Shown here one piece after another: positions 1 to 13,073 of a stretch of 64,000 nt of DNA. This DNA comes from Paraspadella gotoi (taxonomy: Eukaryota > Animalia > Chaetognatha). Where the stretch lies: positions 5,159,822 through 5,223,821 of the forward strand of contig CM119267.1 in assembly GCA_051294375.1 (NCBI GenBank), written 5' to 3'. Made by a program: the position numbers and the translations under genes. The notes under the pieces are model-generated. The model was given only the letters and a program-made list of their open reading frames with translations, was not told where the DNA came from and made no database searches. The first letter of the stretch is position 1, and each line of letters begins with the position of its first letter.

Positions 1-2196
1 TTTTATTTAACAAATATTTGTACTGCGTAGTTTAAAAAAAGTTATTTATTAAATAACTTTTGAAAGAAAAGAGCTAGCAAGATGGGTGTGGTATCAAATT
101 AAAGCCCTAATCATGGGACACTTTCTAAAAAGTTTTATTAAATAAATCCATAACATCTTTACACAGCTTTTGTTTAAATCAGAGTTAAATTATAACAGTT
201 TTTTTGCTTTAAAATTTTAATGAAGGCATATGAAAATTTTTATTTTTCTTTGTAATTTAAAAAAGGAAAGACTGAATTACATTTTATTATTATTAAATTT
301 TCTTTTATTCCATAAAACTGCTTATATTTTTAAGGTAACAGTAAAATACACATTATATTTTAGTTTGATAAAATGTCTTTTTAAATATCAAAATAGATAA
401 ATACAAAAAATGTTTTCAGCTTGATATAAACAGTCTGGACATCTACCTTCTTGTCATGTGAAAAAAAAATCGGCATTTTTTATTTCTTTACTGCAAACTA
501 AAAGCTTATAATGCTTCTTTCTCAATAATAAAGATTTTTAAAAATTTATATAGCTGGCAATATATTTGACAAAGCAAGACATCATTGTGGTTAAATTGTA
601 TTGATAATTTTCTTTTAAATATAGCAAGGAATTTAATTTTATTATTTATCATTCCATTTTAATAAGAAAAAATATTTCTCGGTAATAGCCATTAGAAAGG
701 GTTCATGACTGACTTAATGATCGAATTTTTTAGATATCTTTACTGCCCCCATTTCACAAGATATAAAAGGTCATGGTTATCATGTCAGTAGTCCAGATTA
801 TCTGTACCCTTCTATACAACTGCATTCTGAACTTTTTTTTTTTCCTTTCAAATGTATTAAATAAAAAACAATTATGAGAGAACAATCGGCGTGGAGATGC
901 AATTGGTAACTTAGTTACCCCACTTCCGATCGAATTTTTAAATGAGTTTTTCTTTCCATTCTATTTGGAGACATAACACTAACTATTGGTACTATTATTT
1001 TTTTAATTTTTTTTATTACAATTCTAGAGATAAATATGAATAAGTAACTTTTAAAAATTTATCATCTTCACCCTATGTTCAGTCATATCTAAAAAAAAAA
1101 AAAAGAATTTTGCATTGATATTTTGGATATGCGACATATGAAACTATAACGTATCAAAAATAAAAGAAATAAATAATATTGAACATGTAATATTTTTTTT
1201 ATGCACGGTAAACAGTAACGGTTACGGCCATTTTTCATTGTGTTCCTTATTTTATTTACAAATAATTTGAGACGGTATTAAATGCTGTCGCATAAAAATT
1301 TTCTTAAAATGCTCTCCATCCTGTCTTACAATTTTTTTTTGACATTGTTGAAATCTTTACTGGTGAAGAAGTGAAGGAGGAGGAGGAGGAGGAGGAGGAG
1401 AAGGAGGAGATAGAAGGATGAGGATTATAACTAAGTAAGTTGATTAAATTAAATAACCCTGTAGAGACAGGGTCGACTAGAGATAGGAACGCCCTGTCTT
1501 TCTCTTTCTCAGATTTCTATCTCAAACCGGGAATTTTCAAGTGCATTACGTATGCGTTGCGGAGATGGCGCTCCTGACATCTCAGATACATATCGCGCAT
1601 GTCATTTAAACGCGCGCGGAAGTGTGCGGACGTGTGCGGAAGTGTGCGAGTTTCCCTGGAAGAAAATTGTGTCGAGTCTGCGAATTGAGGAAGCGGAAAT
1701 TTCTCGGTCGAGAAATGACTCTATCTCATCTCGGCTTTATCGTCGTGATCGTCGTCGTTGTCGTCGTCGTCGTCGTCGTCCTCTATTTTATCTTCGTCTT
1801 CATCGTTGTTACTATAATCGTTGTTGTCATCTTCGTTTTTGTCATTATCAACTCAACGTCGTCGTTGTCATTAATGTTTTGGAAGCTCGGCATTAGGACA
1901 ACGACAAAAATATAAAAACAAATTTTTCAATTAGACTAATTATTAATTAGTTATATTTTTTTGCTTTTTTTCTCCACGTCGTCGATATAATATTAACTTA
2001 ATAACTTAATAATTAAGTTATCGTTGTCGTCGTCGTTGTTGTCACCTTCTTTTTTTCTTGTGTAATTATCGCCGTCGTCGTCTTCATTATCGTCGTCGTC
2101 GGCGACGAGGACCATCGTCCAGTTTTAGTTCCGTCATTATGTAAATGTTACAACTGAGACAAAGGGGAAATCGGTATGTCTAAAACTGGAACTGTG

Positions 2197-2237
<41 letters not shown>

Positions 2238-2509
2238 TAGAGAAAATTCTTCGTCACTTCCATTACTCTTTTCTGCTTTTCTCTCTCTCTCTCTGGTAAT
2301 TAACTCTGAGCGATAAAAAAAAACTTGGGTGATCATTCCTCACTTCCTCTCATTCTTTTTCTTGGCTCGGAAGGCGAACTTAGATTTAAGCGTCTACTTC
2401 ATACTAGTATTAAATTGGTACTATCGATATAATGATTATCCAATAATCATGTATTCAGTACACAAACTATCTTGCCCTGACTTTTGACAATGGACACTTG
2501 GACAATTGG

Positions 2510-2606
2510 ACTGGCGATGGACAGGCGATGGACAGGCGATGGACAGGCGATGGACAGGCGATGGACAGGCGATGGATAGGCGATAGACAGGCGATGGACA
2601 GGCGAT
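2510..2606. repeat. 11-bp minisatellite (GGACAGGCGAT)n, ~8-9 units
   Basis: Read directly from the sequence. Confidence 0.9.
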
Positions 2607-3711
2607 CGTGGGTTCCGTCCTCCATCCCTTTTACATCCTTACAGTTTATTTCTCAAAGTCTTCTTATTTAAGATAAACTTAATTTTATTTTATTTGTTTA
2701 ATGTGATCTGTTTTATGTGATCTAGTTCCCTCTCTCGTTTCTCTGCCGTCGGTTTCCTGAGGGAAGCCTGCTCTCTGATTGGTCAATGGTCAATCAGAAG
2801 AAAAGACGGAGAAGCCAAGAGAGACAAGCCACTTGATAATCCATTCTCTGCGTTACAACACTGGTCTCAGTTATTTATTGTATAATTGGGAAGTCATTAA
2901 TTTTTTTTATAATTCTAAAGATCTTAACCCACAAAAGACTGTCCAAAGTCAGGAGGCAAGATAAGTTGTTTATTGAATGAATAAATTTTTTTTTTTAAAT
3001 TTGATGAAGACTCTGATTGTATTCACTCATTGATTTTTACTCGAAACTATCTTTAACAATCGTCTACTATAAGAGGTTGTAAAAGTCTTTTTAGATTTGA
3101 AAATAATAGTAGTAGTCCACTTTTCCATATTCCCTTTTTTCTATGAAGAAAAGTGGAAAAGAAAAAAATTTATTATTCATGAGTTACGTCGAGAAAGAAA
3201 GATGGCGAAGGGGAAAAAAAGAAGTTTCGCCTGGCGGAGGAAAATTTTGTGTCTTTTGTCTTCTTTTTGACAGAAAAGAGGTGGGGAGAGTGAGAGAGAG
3301 ATGAAGAGAGAGAGACGAGAAAGAGAGAGCGAGAGAGAGAAGAGGAGAGAGAGAGAGAGAGAGAAGAGGAGTAGAATGATATCGACGACATTTCCGAGGT
3401 TTGGAACACGCCACTAGCACGTTGCAGTTATCGAGACAATCCTGAGAGGTCGTTTAACGTTTGTGTCTGACGCTCGACAAAAAAGAGCAACGCCCTTAGT
3501 GGACAAGAGGCAACGTCCGGCGTAAGGTAAACACTCGATAATCGCGAAGGGTTGGAACATTCTAGAAATATTCTAGAAACATTCATTTAATGATTTAACC
3601 AAGTCAAGAAGGGAAACTGATGTTTCTTTAAAATTTTTTAAACTAAAAATTTATTTTCTTTTGAGGATTTTTTATATCTCGTTTCACCGGCTCTCTCTTC
3701 TCTCTCTCTCT

Positions 3712-3748
<37 letters not shown>

Positions 3749-4156
3749 CCTCTCTCTCTTCCTCTCTCTCTCTCTCTCTTTCTCCCACTCTCGTGTCGAA
3801 GCGGAAAAGCGCCGCTTTTCATTAACTCGACAACGACGCCGGAAAATTTTAAATGACGCCGCGAGAAAATTTCAGGCGATAAGACCCAGAGATGGTAAGG
3901 GAGTTAAAGTGGAAGCGGCGACGGTGACGTCACTGTTGCGACGGGTGACGCGGACTGTGGAGATGATGGTGACGGGGAAGTTAAAGCCGAGCGCCATCTA
4001 CCTTTCGCATTCGAAGCGAGATCTCGCGAAGTGATGGAAACGATCTCGCGTTTAAGTCCTCTCTCTCTTCTGTCTCTCTCTCTGTCTCTCTCTCTTGTCT
4101 CTCTCTCTGTTTCCTGTCTCTCTCTTCTCTGTCCTCTCTCTGTCCTCTTCTCATCT

Positions 4157-4192
<36 letters not shown>

Positions 4193-6369
4193 TCTTTCAC
4201 TCTCATTCTACCTAGTCAAGGCGTCTATACCTGATAGATTAATAGGTCGGAGTTCGTGTGGATCGAGTTAGCTCAATGAATGAAAAAAATGAGAATGAAT
4301 GAATGAATGAATGAAGTATGAATGTATAATGTATATGAAATGAATGAATGTAATGCGTTAATAAACGAACAATAAATGAACTGATGAAACGAGGATGAAT
4401 GAATGAATGAATGAATGAATGAATGAATGAATGAATCTTAATGATTAAGAAGAATGCAGAATATAAATGAAACTTCGTCTATTGGTTCCAAATTTCCTCT
4501 CGTTGCGGCTTGCCGCGCCTCTCCTCTCCTCTGGACACGGAATGTAAGTGGGAAGTAATTAAAAGCCTCCTCTCTCTTGCTCTCTCTCGCCTCCTCTCTC
4601 CTCCTCTCTCTCTGCTTCTCCTCTCTCTCTCTCTCGTCTCTCTCTTCTCTCTCTCTCTCTTCTCTGCCCTCACACTCTAACTCGCCTCCAGGTTCAACGA
4701 GGAAAAAAATTATTTTCACGTTTATACATTTTGATGATGAAATGAAAGGCGTGAATGTGAATCGCAGGTGGCATCGTGTGATCGCGTGAAAGAGGATTCG
4801 GTGATCCTGTGATTCGCGTGAGAGGCCGATCACTGATGCCTCTTCGTTCCTTCAATTCGCCGAGATGTTTCTCTTCTCTCTCTCTCGCTTTCTTCTTTTT
4901 TTTTTATTTTTTTGTGGATTACATATATAAGCGATTTTATTCGAATACACAAGTTGGATTCAGTAAATCATCATCAACAAACAAACATAGACTAAGTCTG
5001 AGCAACGGAAACGTAGCGTAACCATGACAGATATTTTTTTTAATTGTCTATTGGGTCTTTAGTTTTATCTAAGACTAATATTCAACATATGAATAATTTT
5101 ATTGACAAACGCGAATGTTTTACGTTAGTATCGTGCCGCTCCCCCATTTTCATGCGGAGCTTCTCGCGTTCTTTGGCCATAAAAGTATTTTTGTTATCGA
5201 CAGAAAGTGAACTCGATTTCCGAAGGAAATAAATTTTTTTTAAACTTTTAAAATCGATTATTTACTCTAAAGAAAGAAAAAAGAAAAAAAAGCAAAAAAG
5301 AACTCTCGCTGAGAAGAAGCAATTGTCTCTTTTAATGAGAAAAAAAAATTGAGTTGAAAATTCCATTTATTTTCCGATTGGATTAAACTAAAAAGATCGA
5401 GTCTCATTTCTTTCTCTCTTCCTCTTTTCTTATCATTCGTCCTTCCTCTCTCTCTCTTTCTCACTACTCTCTCTCTCACTCTCTCTCTCTCTCTCTCACT
5501 CTCTAACTTCTCTCTATATATCTCTCTCTCTCCAAAAGCAGATGCTGTCAGCCCAGGTGAGAATCACAAGTGATTCAACGTTGCCAACTTATATAAATCA
5601 GTAAAAAATGAATTTTTTTTCTCCAACTATCCTAATTAAGACAAGAAAATTATCAACATTAAATATAATTTTAATACAATAAAATACAAAATTAAATTAC
5701 GACATGAACACAACTATGAACCAGTTCATAAGATCTTGTATGAAATAATCTTCAGACAGTAAAACGTGTACAATTTACATAGTAGCAACTAATTTCTCAC
5801 TAAATCTACTAAACTTTACATACAATATTGTGATCGGCAATGAAGACCCCTGCGATTTCCAAACGGCTTAGACCAATCCCGATGTTAATTAAATAAGGTA
5901 GATAGAAATCACGTCAAATTAAAACGCTACATTTACCTAGTTTAGTAGATTTTCCATACATTGTCAAAAAACGTAAATGTTTACAATTGATTTCCATCGC
6001 ACAACGCTTAACACGGATAGACGGAGTCCGCACCGCGGCGGCGCCAATGAATCTTTTAACGGTGCCAGCGGACGGCGCCAACGGATCAAACGCCGACAGG
6101 ACCAGACCCAATTTCCACAGGCGATTACTCAGAAAAAAGGCCATTAGCGATGGTGAGAGCGGATTGAAAACTACTCGCGTGGGTCATCATCGCGGTTTTG
6201 AGTGATAAGAATTAGGAAGCGAGTCCGTGACCTGGACGGTGGGGAGGGGTTGATTTAAAGAACGTAAATCGCGACTTTTAAGTAATTAACGAGGGTCATT
6301 GAAAACTAAACAGCGCGCTCGAGACGGGCGGAAGAAGAGAGATTGAACGAGAGAGAGTCTAGAGAGAGA

Positions 6370-6403
<34 letters not shown>

Positions 6404-6477
6404 AATAATGCCGCAGGAACTCTCTTCGATCTTCCAAGGCTGTTCGGAGTAGGCTTTTCCTCATCCTCTAAATCCAG

Positions 6478-8136
6478 TTAATAATTGGCGCATCTCCCGC
6501 AGACATCTCCTCTCCGGTAGCGAGCCTCTCACGGCCTCGTTGACCTCCTGCTCCGACATCCCGCCACCCCCTTTGGGCCTCCTCCAGCGTCCGTCGGTTG
6601 TCAGCCATCGCCGACGAAGACCTCTCGCGAGGGCATCAGCGTCGAGAGTCCCAGTTCTCTGATCACTTTAGGGAACGAAAACCAATTGGATGGAGCCGCG
6701 AGGGTGACGTCGTAGGCGGCGACGCCGAGGCGGAAAACGGATGGTCGCGGCGCGGCGGGCGGCGGCGTCCAGAAGCATCGTCGCCGCGGGCCCGCTGTCC
6801 TCGAAGGACTGCTGTAGACGACCAAAGTATTGGAGTAGAAACTCGGGCGAATCGATGGATGTAGAGAAGCGCGAGGCGCCTTTACGAATTTTCTCGTCGT
6901 CCTGGACGGGGGCGGTCCCCGTAATCGCCGTCCGGTAGAGGTCGTTCGTGATCCAGCATCTCTTCGACGGAGTCGTAGAAACGGGATTTGGAGGAGTTTC
7001 TGAAGGGACGGGTCAGAGGAGTTAAGGGGAGTGGGTGGAGCAGAGGCGACTTTTATTCACTGTGTTTTATTTTGGGTACGAGGATAAACATACGTATATA
7101 ATCCTTGTTTAATTCGAAGTTCTTGAACGTTGGTTGTATCGTAAAAGGGCTGGTTAACAAACACACACAGTAAACAGTAAGCAACAGTAAAAAAATTAGT
7201 AAAAAAGCAAAAACCAAACAAAATTTTAAATAAAAAAGACGCTAGACAAACAAAATGGGGCACCTTTTCCGAGACGTACCCTCTTTTTCTGTTCCGTTTT
7301 TTCCAGAGATTAAAAATATATCTTAAACTTAAACTAGTCTAACCCTAATCCCTAACCCTAATCTCAAACCTTAATTTAATCCTAAACCCTATTACAAACC
7401 AAGTCCCTTAATCTTTTCATTAACCTAATTCCTCAACCTAATCCTAACACTTAATCTTTTAAACTAATCTTAATTAAAAACTTAACCTAATCCCGAATTA
7501 TCATATGAAAATCAGGCGTTCTGGGATAATCATGAACGGTAATTCAAATGTGTTGCGCGCATGACTCTCTTATCGACGTGCATTTTTCATGACATGACAG
7601 ACGTGACATTGACGTGACGTAACATGTTCTACATGACTACAAAAACTTTCTCAGCCTGTTGTATTTATGACATGCACTCTGCCCATCAAAATTCCGTCTT
7701 TATATTCCTTATAGTTTTTTAGTCATTTTCTGAAGGCGGCGGCTTGCAGCTCCCTTAGATTTGAGGTTTTTTTCTGTCTTAACAAAAGAGCAACCAGCTA
7801 TTAGGCAAATTTATATGATTTTTTAAACGTAAGTGAACAGACCGAATTGCGACAGACATTACCGACGGACCTGATCCGGAAAAGTGACTTAACTTAACTT
7901 AAATAAAAAGGCCCGAATGTAACTTACTTAACTTTTCCACAGACTTACATGTGGTTTCGCCAACTCCACCTCCGCCGTATTACAACGGCATGAATCCTCG
8001 CAGGAACAGGAGTTGTACTGGCGGCAGGGCTGTCGAGGTAGGCCGTCATGTCCAGGCCCGCGCCGCTCGCGGACAGCGGCCGGAAGAGACGCAGCAGCGC
8101 CGCCACGTCGAAGGTTTCGTCGGTGGAGTTCGGCAG
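6478..8136 (-). pseudogene. Second, frameshift-ridden copy of the CPTP-like gene (exons ~8136-7928 and 6999-6478); probably an error-rich redundant assembly copy rather than a true pseudogene
   Basis: Nearly the same sequence as 11482-13073 but with many single-base indels that break the frame (AAYDVTL..NWF..GLSTLMPSREVF survives in ORF 6601-6825). It lies inside the 5-kb tandem duplication. Confidence 0.75.
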
Positions 8137-8626
8137 AGGAGCGGTGGAGACGAGGAAGCGGTGTGAGGGAGGGGGGGAGAGAGGTTGGAGTTGGAGGAAG
8201 TGACGGTGGAAATGTGACTGAGGAAGAACCTGAAAGGAAAAAATCAGAAATTTAATATGCATATTTAATGAATGAAAACGCAATTAACTAATAATAGGGT
8301 GGAGTGATGAAATATTGAGGCGATTTAAATATTTATTTTTCTTGACCTTATGGATAATTGGATTGTAATTAACAAATTGTTAAATCCGTTAATAATATAA
8401 TCTCTCTCGNNNNNNNNNNNNNNNNNNNNNNNNNGAGAGAGAGAGTAATGCATTTCGACATTTTTCCGATGGTTGGAACTACGCCACTAGCACGTTGCCA
8501 GTTATCGAGACAATCCTGAAGAGGTCGTTAACCGTTTTGTGTCTGACGGTCGACAAAAGAGCAACGCCCTTAGTGACAAGAGGCAACGTCCGGCGTAAGG
8601 TAAACACTCGATAATCCGAAGGGTTG

Positions 8627-8654
8627 GAACATTCTAGAATATTCTAGAACATTC
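8627..8654. promoter_or_regulatory. Perfect heat-shock element (six alternating nGAAn/nTTCn units)
   Basis: GAAcaTTCtaGAAtaTTCtaGAAcaTTC. The duplicate at 3555-3584 has two 1-bp insertions. Confidence 0.6.
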
Positions 8655-8776
8655 ATTTTTAATGATTTAACCAAGTCAAGAAGGGAACTATGTTTCTTTA
8701 AAATTTTTTAAACTAAAAAATGTTATTTTCTTTGAGGATTTTTATATCTCGTTTCACCGGCTCTCTCTTCTCTTCT

Positions 8777-8818
<42 letters not shown>

Positions 8819-9164
8819 CTCTCTCTCTTCTCTCTCTCTCTCTCTCTCTTTCTCCCACTCTCGGTGTCGAAGCGGAAAAGCGCCGCTTTTCAATTAACTC
8901 GACAACGACGCCGGAAAATTTTTAAAATGACGCCGCGAGAAAATTTCAGGCGATAAGACCCAGAGATGGTAAGGGAGTTAAAGTGGAAGCGGCGACGGTG
9001 ACGTTCACTGTTGCGACGGTGACGCGGACGGTGGAGATTGATGGTGACGGGGAAGTTAAAGCCGAGCGCCATCTACCTTTCGTCATCGAAGCGAGATCTC
9101 GCGAGTGATGGAAACGATCTCGCGTTTAAGTCTCTCTCTCTCTCTGTCTCTCTCTCTCTCTGTC

Positions 9165-9220
<56 letters not shown>

Positions 9221-11481
9221 ACTCTCATTCTACCTAGTCAAGGCGTCTATACCTGATAGATTAATAGGTCGGAGTTCGTGTGGATCGAGTTAGCTCAATG
9301 AATGAAAAATGAATGATGAATGAATGAATGAATGAATGAATGTATGAATGTATGAATGTATGAATGAATGAATGAATGAATTAATGCGTTAATAAACGAA
9401 CAAATAAATGAACGAATGAACGAATGGATGAATGAATGAATGAATGAATGAATNNNNNNNNNNNNNNNNNNNNNNNNNNNNNNNNNNNNNNNNNNNNNNN
9501 NNNNNNNNNNNNNNNNNNNNNNNNNNNNNNNNNNNNNNNNNNNNNNNNNNNNNNNNNNNNNNNNNNNNNNNNNNNNNNNNNNNNNNNNNNNNNNNNNNNN
9601 NNNNNNNNNNNNNNNNNNNNNNNNNNNNNNNNNNNNNNNNNNNNNNNNNNNNNNNNNNNNNNNNNNNNNNNNNNNNNNNNNNNNNNGGAAAAAAAATTAT
9701 TTTCACGTTTATCACATTTTGATGGATGAAATGAAAGGCGTGAATGTGAATCGCAGGTGGCATCGTGTGATCGCGTGAAGAGGATTCGGTGATTCCTGTG
9801 ATTCGCGTGAGAGGCCGATCACGTGATGCCTCTTCGTTCCTTCAATTCGCCGAGAGTGTTTCTCTTTCTCTCTCTCTCTCGCTTTCTTTCTTTTTTTTTT
9901 ATTTTTTCTGTGGATTACAATATATAAGCGATTTTATTCGAATACAACAAGGTTGATTCAGTACAATCATCATCAACAAACAAACATAGACTAAGTCTGA
10001 GCAAACGAAAACGTAGCGTAACCATGACAGATATTTTTTTTTAATTGTCTATGGGTCTTTAGTTTTATCTAAGACTAATATCAACATATTGAATAATTTT
10101 ATTGACAAACCGCGAATGTTTACGTTAGTATCGTGCGCTCCCCATTTTCATGCGGAGCTTCTCGCGTTCTTTGCCATAAAAGTATTTTTTGTTATCGACA
10201 GAAAGTGACTCGATTTCCGAAGGAAATAAAACTTTTTTTAAACTTTTAAAATCGATTTATTTACTCTAAAAGAAAAAAGAAAAAAGAAAAAAGGAACTCT
10301 GCTGAGAAGAAGGCAATTGTCTCTTTTAAATGAGAAAAAAAAATTGAGTTGAAAATTCCATTTATTTTCCGATTGTGATTAAACTAAAAGATCCGAGTCT
10401 CATTTCTTTCTCTCTTCCTCTTTCTTATCCATTCGTCCTTCCCTCTCTCTCTCTTTCTCACTCTCTCTCTCACTCTCTCTCTCTCTCTCTCACTCTCTCA
10501 CTCTCTCTCTATATATCTCTCTCTCTCCAAAAGAGATGCTTCACCCAGGTGAGAATCACAAGTGATTCCTAACGTTGCCAAACTTATATAAATCAGTAAA
10601 AAATGAATTTTTTTTCTCAACTATCCTAATTAAGACAAGAAAATTTATCAACATTAAATATAATTTTAATACAATAAAATACAAATTAATTCGACTATGA
10701 ACACAACTATGAACCAGTTCATAAGATCTTGTATGAAAATAATCTTCAGACAGTAAAACGTGTACAATTTTACATAGTAGCAACTAATTTCTCACTAAAT
10801 CTACTAAAATCTTACATACAATCATTGTGATCGGCAATGAAGACCCTGCGATTTCCAAACGGCTTAGACCAATCCGATGTTAATTAAATAAGGTAGATAA
10901 AATCTACGTCAAATTAAAACGCTACATTTAACCTAGTTTAGTAGATTTTCCATACATTGTCAAAAAACGGTAAATGTTTACAAATTGATTTCCATCGCAC
11001 AACGCTTAACACGGATAGACGGAGTCCGCACCGCGGCGGCGCCAATGAAATCTTTTAACGGTGCAGCGGACGGCGCCAACGATCAAACGCCGACAGGACC
11101 AGACCCAATTTCCACAGGCGATTACTCAGAAAAAAGGCCATTAGCGATGGTGAGAGCGGATTGAAAACTACTCGCGGTGGGTCATCATCGCGGTTTGAGT
11201 GATAAGAATTAGGACAGCGAGTCCGTGACTCTGGACGGGGGGAGGGGTTGTTTAAAGAACGTAATCGCGACTTTTAAGTTAATTAACGAGGTCATTGAAA
11301 ACTAAACAGCGTCGCGCGGGATGAACGAGAGATTCGATGAACGAGAGAGAGGAGAGAGACGAGAGAAGAGAGAGAGAGAGAGAGCAGAGAGAGAGATGAG
11401 AGAGAGAGAGAGAGATCAAATGCCGCAGAACTCTTTCGATTTTCCAACGCGGTGGCTTCTCTCATTCCCACTCTCTCCAGT

Positions 11482-11980
11482 TTAATACTTGGCGATCCCC
11501 GACATCTCTCTCTCCGCGTAGAGCCTCTCCACGGCCTCGTTGACCTCCGTCCCGACATCCGCAACCCCCTTGGCCTCCTCCAGCGTCCCGTCGGTTGTCA
11601 GCATCCCGACGAAGACCTCTCGCGAGGGCATCAGCGTCGAGAGTCCCAGTCTGATCACTTGGCGGACGAACCAATTGTGATGGAGCCCGAGGGTGACGTC
11701 GTAGGCGGCGACGGCCGAGGCGGAAACGGATGGCTCGGCGGCGGCGGGGGCGGCGTCCGAAGCATCGTCGCCCGCGGCCGCTGTCTCGAAGGACTGCTGT
11801 AGACGACCAAAGTATTGGAGTAGAAACTCGGCGAATCGATGGATGTAGAGAAGCGCGACGGCGCCTTTACGAATTTTCTCGTCGTCCTGGACGGGGGCGT
11901 CGTAATCGCCGTCCGGTAGAGGTCGTTCGTGATCCAGCATCTCTTCGACGGAGTCGTAGAAACGGGATTTGGAGGAGTTT
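11482..11980 (-). CDS. GLTP-domain protein (CPTP-like), coding exon 2 (terminal)
   Basis: Acceptor ctgac...cccttcag| at 11981 matches the phase-2 donor and gives RNSSKSRFYDSVEEMLDHE (CPTP RGGPQSEHYRSLQAMVAHE). Further matches: GAVALLYIHRF, AYDVTLGLHHNWFVRQ..LSTLMPSREVF and AVERLYAE (CPTP SYNASLAAYHPWVVRR..FCTLPTREVF, SQKLYAE). The joined CDS is 699 nt, 232 aa, and open. Confidence 0.88.
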
Positions 11981-12226
11981 CTGAAGGGAGCGGGTCAGAG
12001 GAGTTAAGGGGAGTGGGGGTGGGAGCAGAGGCGACTTTTATTCACTGTTGTTTATTTGGGTTACGAGGATAAACATACGTTTATTTGTTTATTCGAAGTT
12101 TTGAACGTTGGTTTATCGTAAAAGGGGCTGGTTAAAAAAACAGTAAACAGTAAGCAACAGTAAACAAAATTAGTAAAAGCAAAACAAACAAAATTTTAAA
12201 TAAAAAAGACGCTAGACAAACAAAAT

Positions 12227-12498
12227 GGGCACTCTTTTCCGAGAGTACCCTCTTTTTCTGTTCGTTTTTTCCCAGAATTTAAATATATCTTTAAACTTAT
12301 AAACTAGTCTAACCCTAATCCCTAACCCTAATCTCAAACCTTAATTTAATCCTAAACCCTAATTACAAACCAAGTCCCTAATCTTTATCATTAACCTAAT
12401 CCTCAACCTAATCCCTAACCTTAATCTTTAAACTAATCTTTAATTTAAAAACTTAACCTAATCCCGAATTTCATATAAAATCAGGCGTTCTGGGAAAT
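12227..12498. mobile_element. Same TIR/(CCCTAA)n family, in the CPTP-like intron (duplicate at 7258-7530)
   Basis: gggcactcttttccgagag ... ctaaccctaatccctaaccctaa ... aggcgttctgggaaat. Confidence 0.55.
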
Positions 12499-12504
12499 CA
12501 TGAA

Positions 12505-12838
12505 CGGTAATTCAAATGTGTTGCGCCGCAGTGACTCTCTTATCACGTGCATTTTTCATGACATGACATGACGTGACATGACGTGACGTAACATGTCTAC
12601 ATGACTACAAAAACTTTCTCAGCCTGTGTATTTATGACATGCACTGCATCAAAATTCCGTCTTTTATTCCTTATAGTTTTAGTATTTTCTGAAGGCGGCG
12701 CTTGCAGTCCCTTAGATTTGAGGTTTTTTCTGTCTTAACAAAAGAGCAACCAGCTATAGGCAAATTATATGATTTTTTAACGTAAGTGGAACAGACCGAT
12801 GGACAGACATACCGACGGACCGACCGAAAAGTGACTTA
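12505..12838 (-). mobile_element. Truncated copy of the same Helentron/DINE-1-like family inside the CPTP-like intron (duplicate at 7537-7890)
   Basis: Shares aaatgtgttgcgccgcagtgact, (catga)n, actacaaaaactttc and gaccgaccgaaaagtgactta with 20870-21078. Confidence 0.6.
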
Positions 12839-12873
12839 ACTTAACTTAAATAAAAAGGCCGAATGTAACTTAC

Positions 12874-13073
12874 CTTAACTTTTCCAAGACTTCCATGTGT
12901 TTCGCCAACTCCACCTCCGCCGTATTAAACGGCATGAATCCTCGCAGGAACAGTTTGTACTGGCGGCAGGCGTCGAGGTAGGCCGTCATGTCCAGGCCCG
13001 CCCGCTCGCGACAGCGCCGGAGAGACGCCAGCAGCGCCGCCACGTCGAAGGTTTCGTCGGTGGAGTTCGGCAT
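12874..13073 (-). CDS. GLTP-domain protein (CPTP/GLTPD1-like), coding exon 1
   Basis: MPNSTDETFDVAALLASLRRC...AYLDACRQY...ELAKHMEVLEKL(R) aligns by eye to the human CPTP N-terminus (MDDSETGFNLKVVLVSFKQC...PYIASWKGL...DVVSKLRIMERLR). The exon ends AG|gtaagt (phase-2 donor, GT at 12873-12872). An upstream acceptor ttccttcag| at 13170 implies a further 5' exon. Confidence 0.85.

Noticed and set aside
12310-12465. True telomere or chromosome-fusion site
   Set aside because: The repeats are short, degenerate, bounded by shared inverted termini and dispersed through the window.
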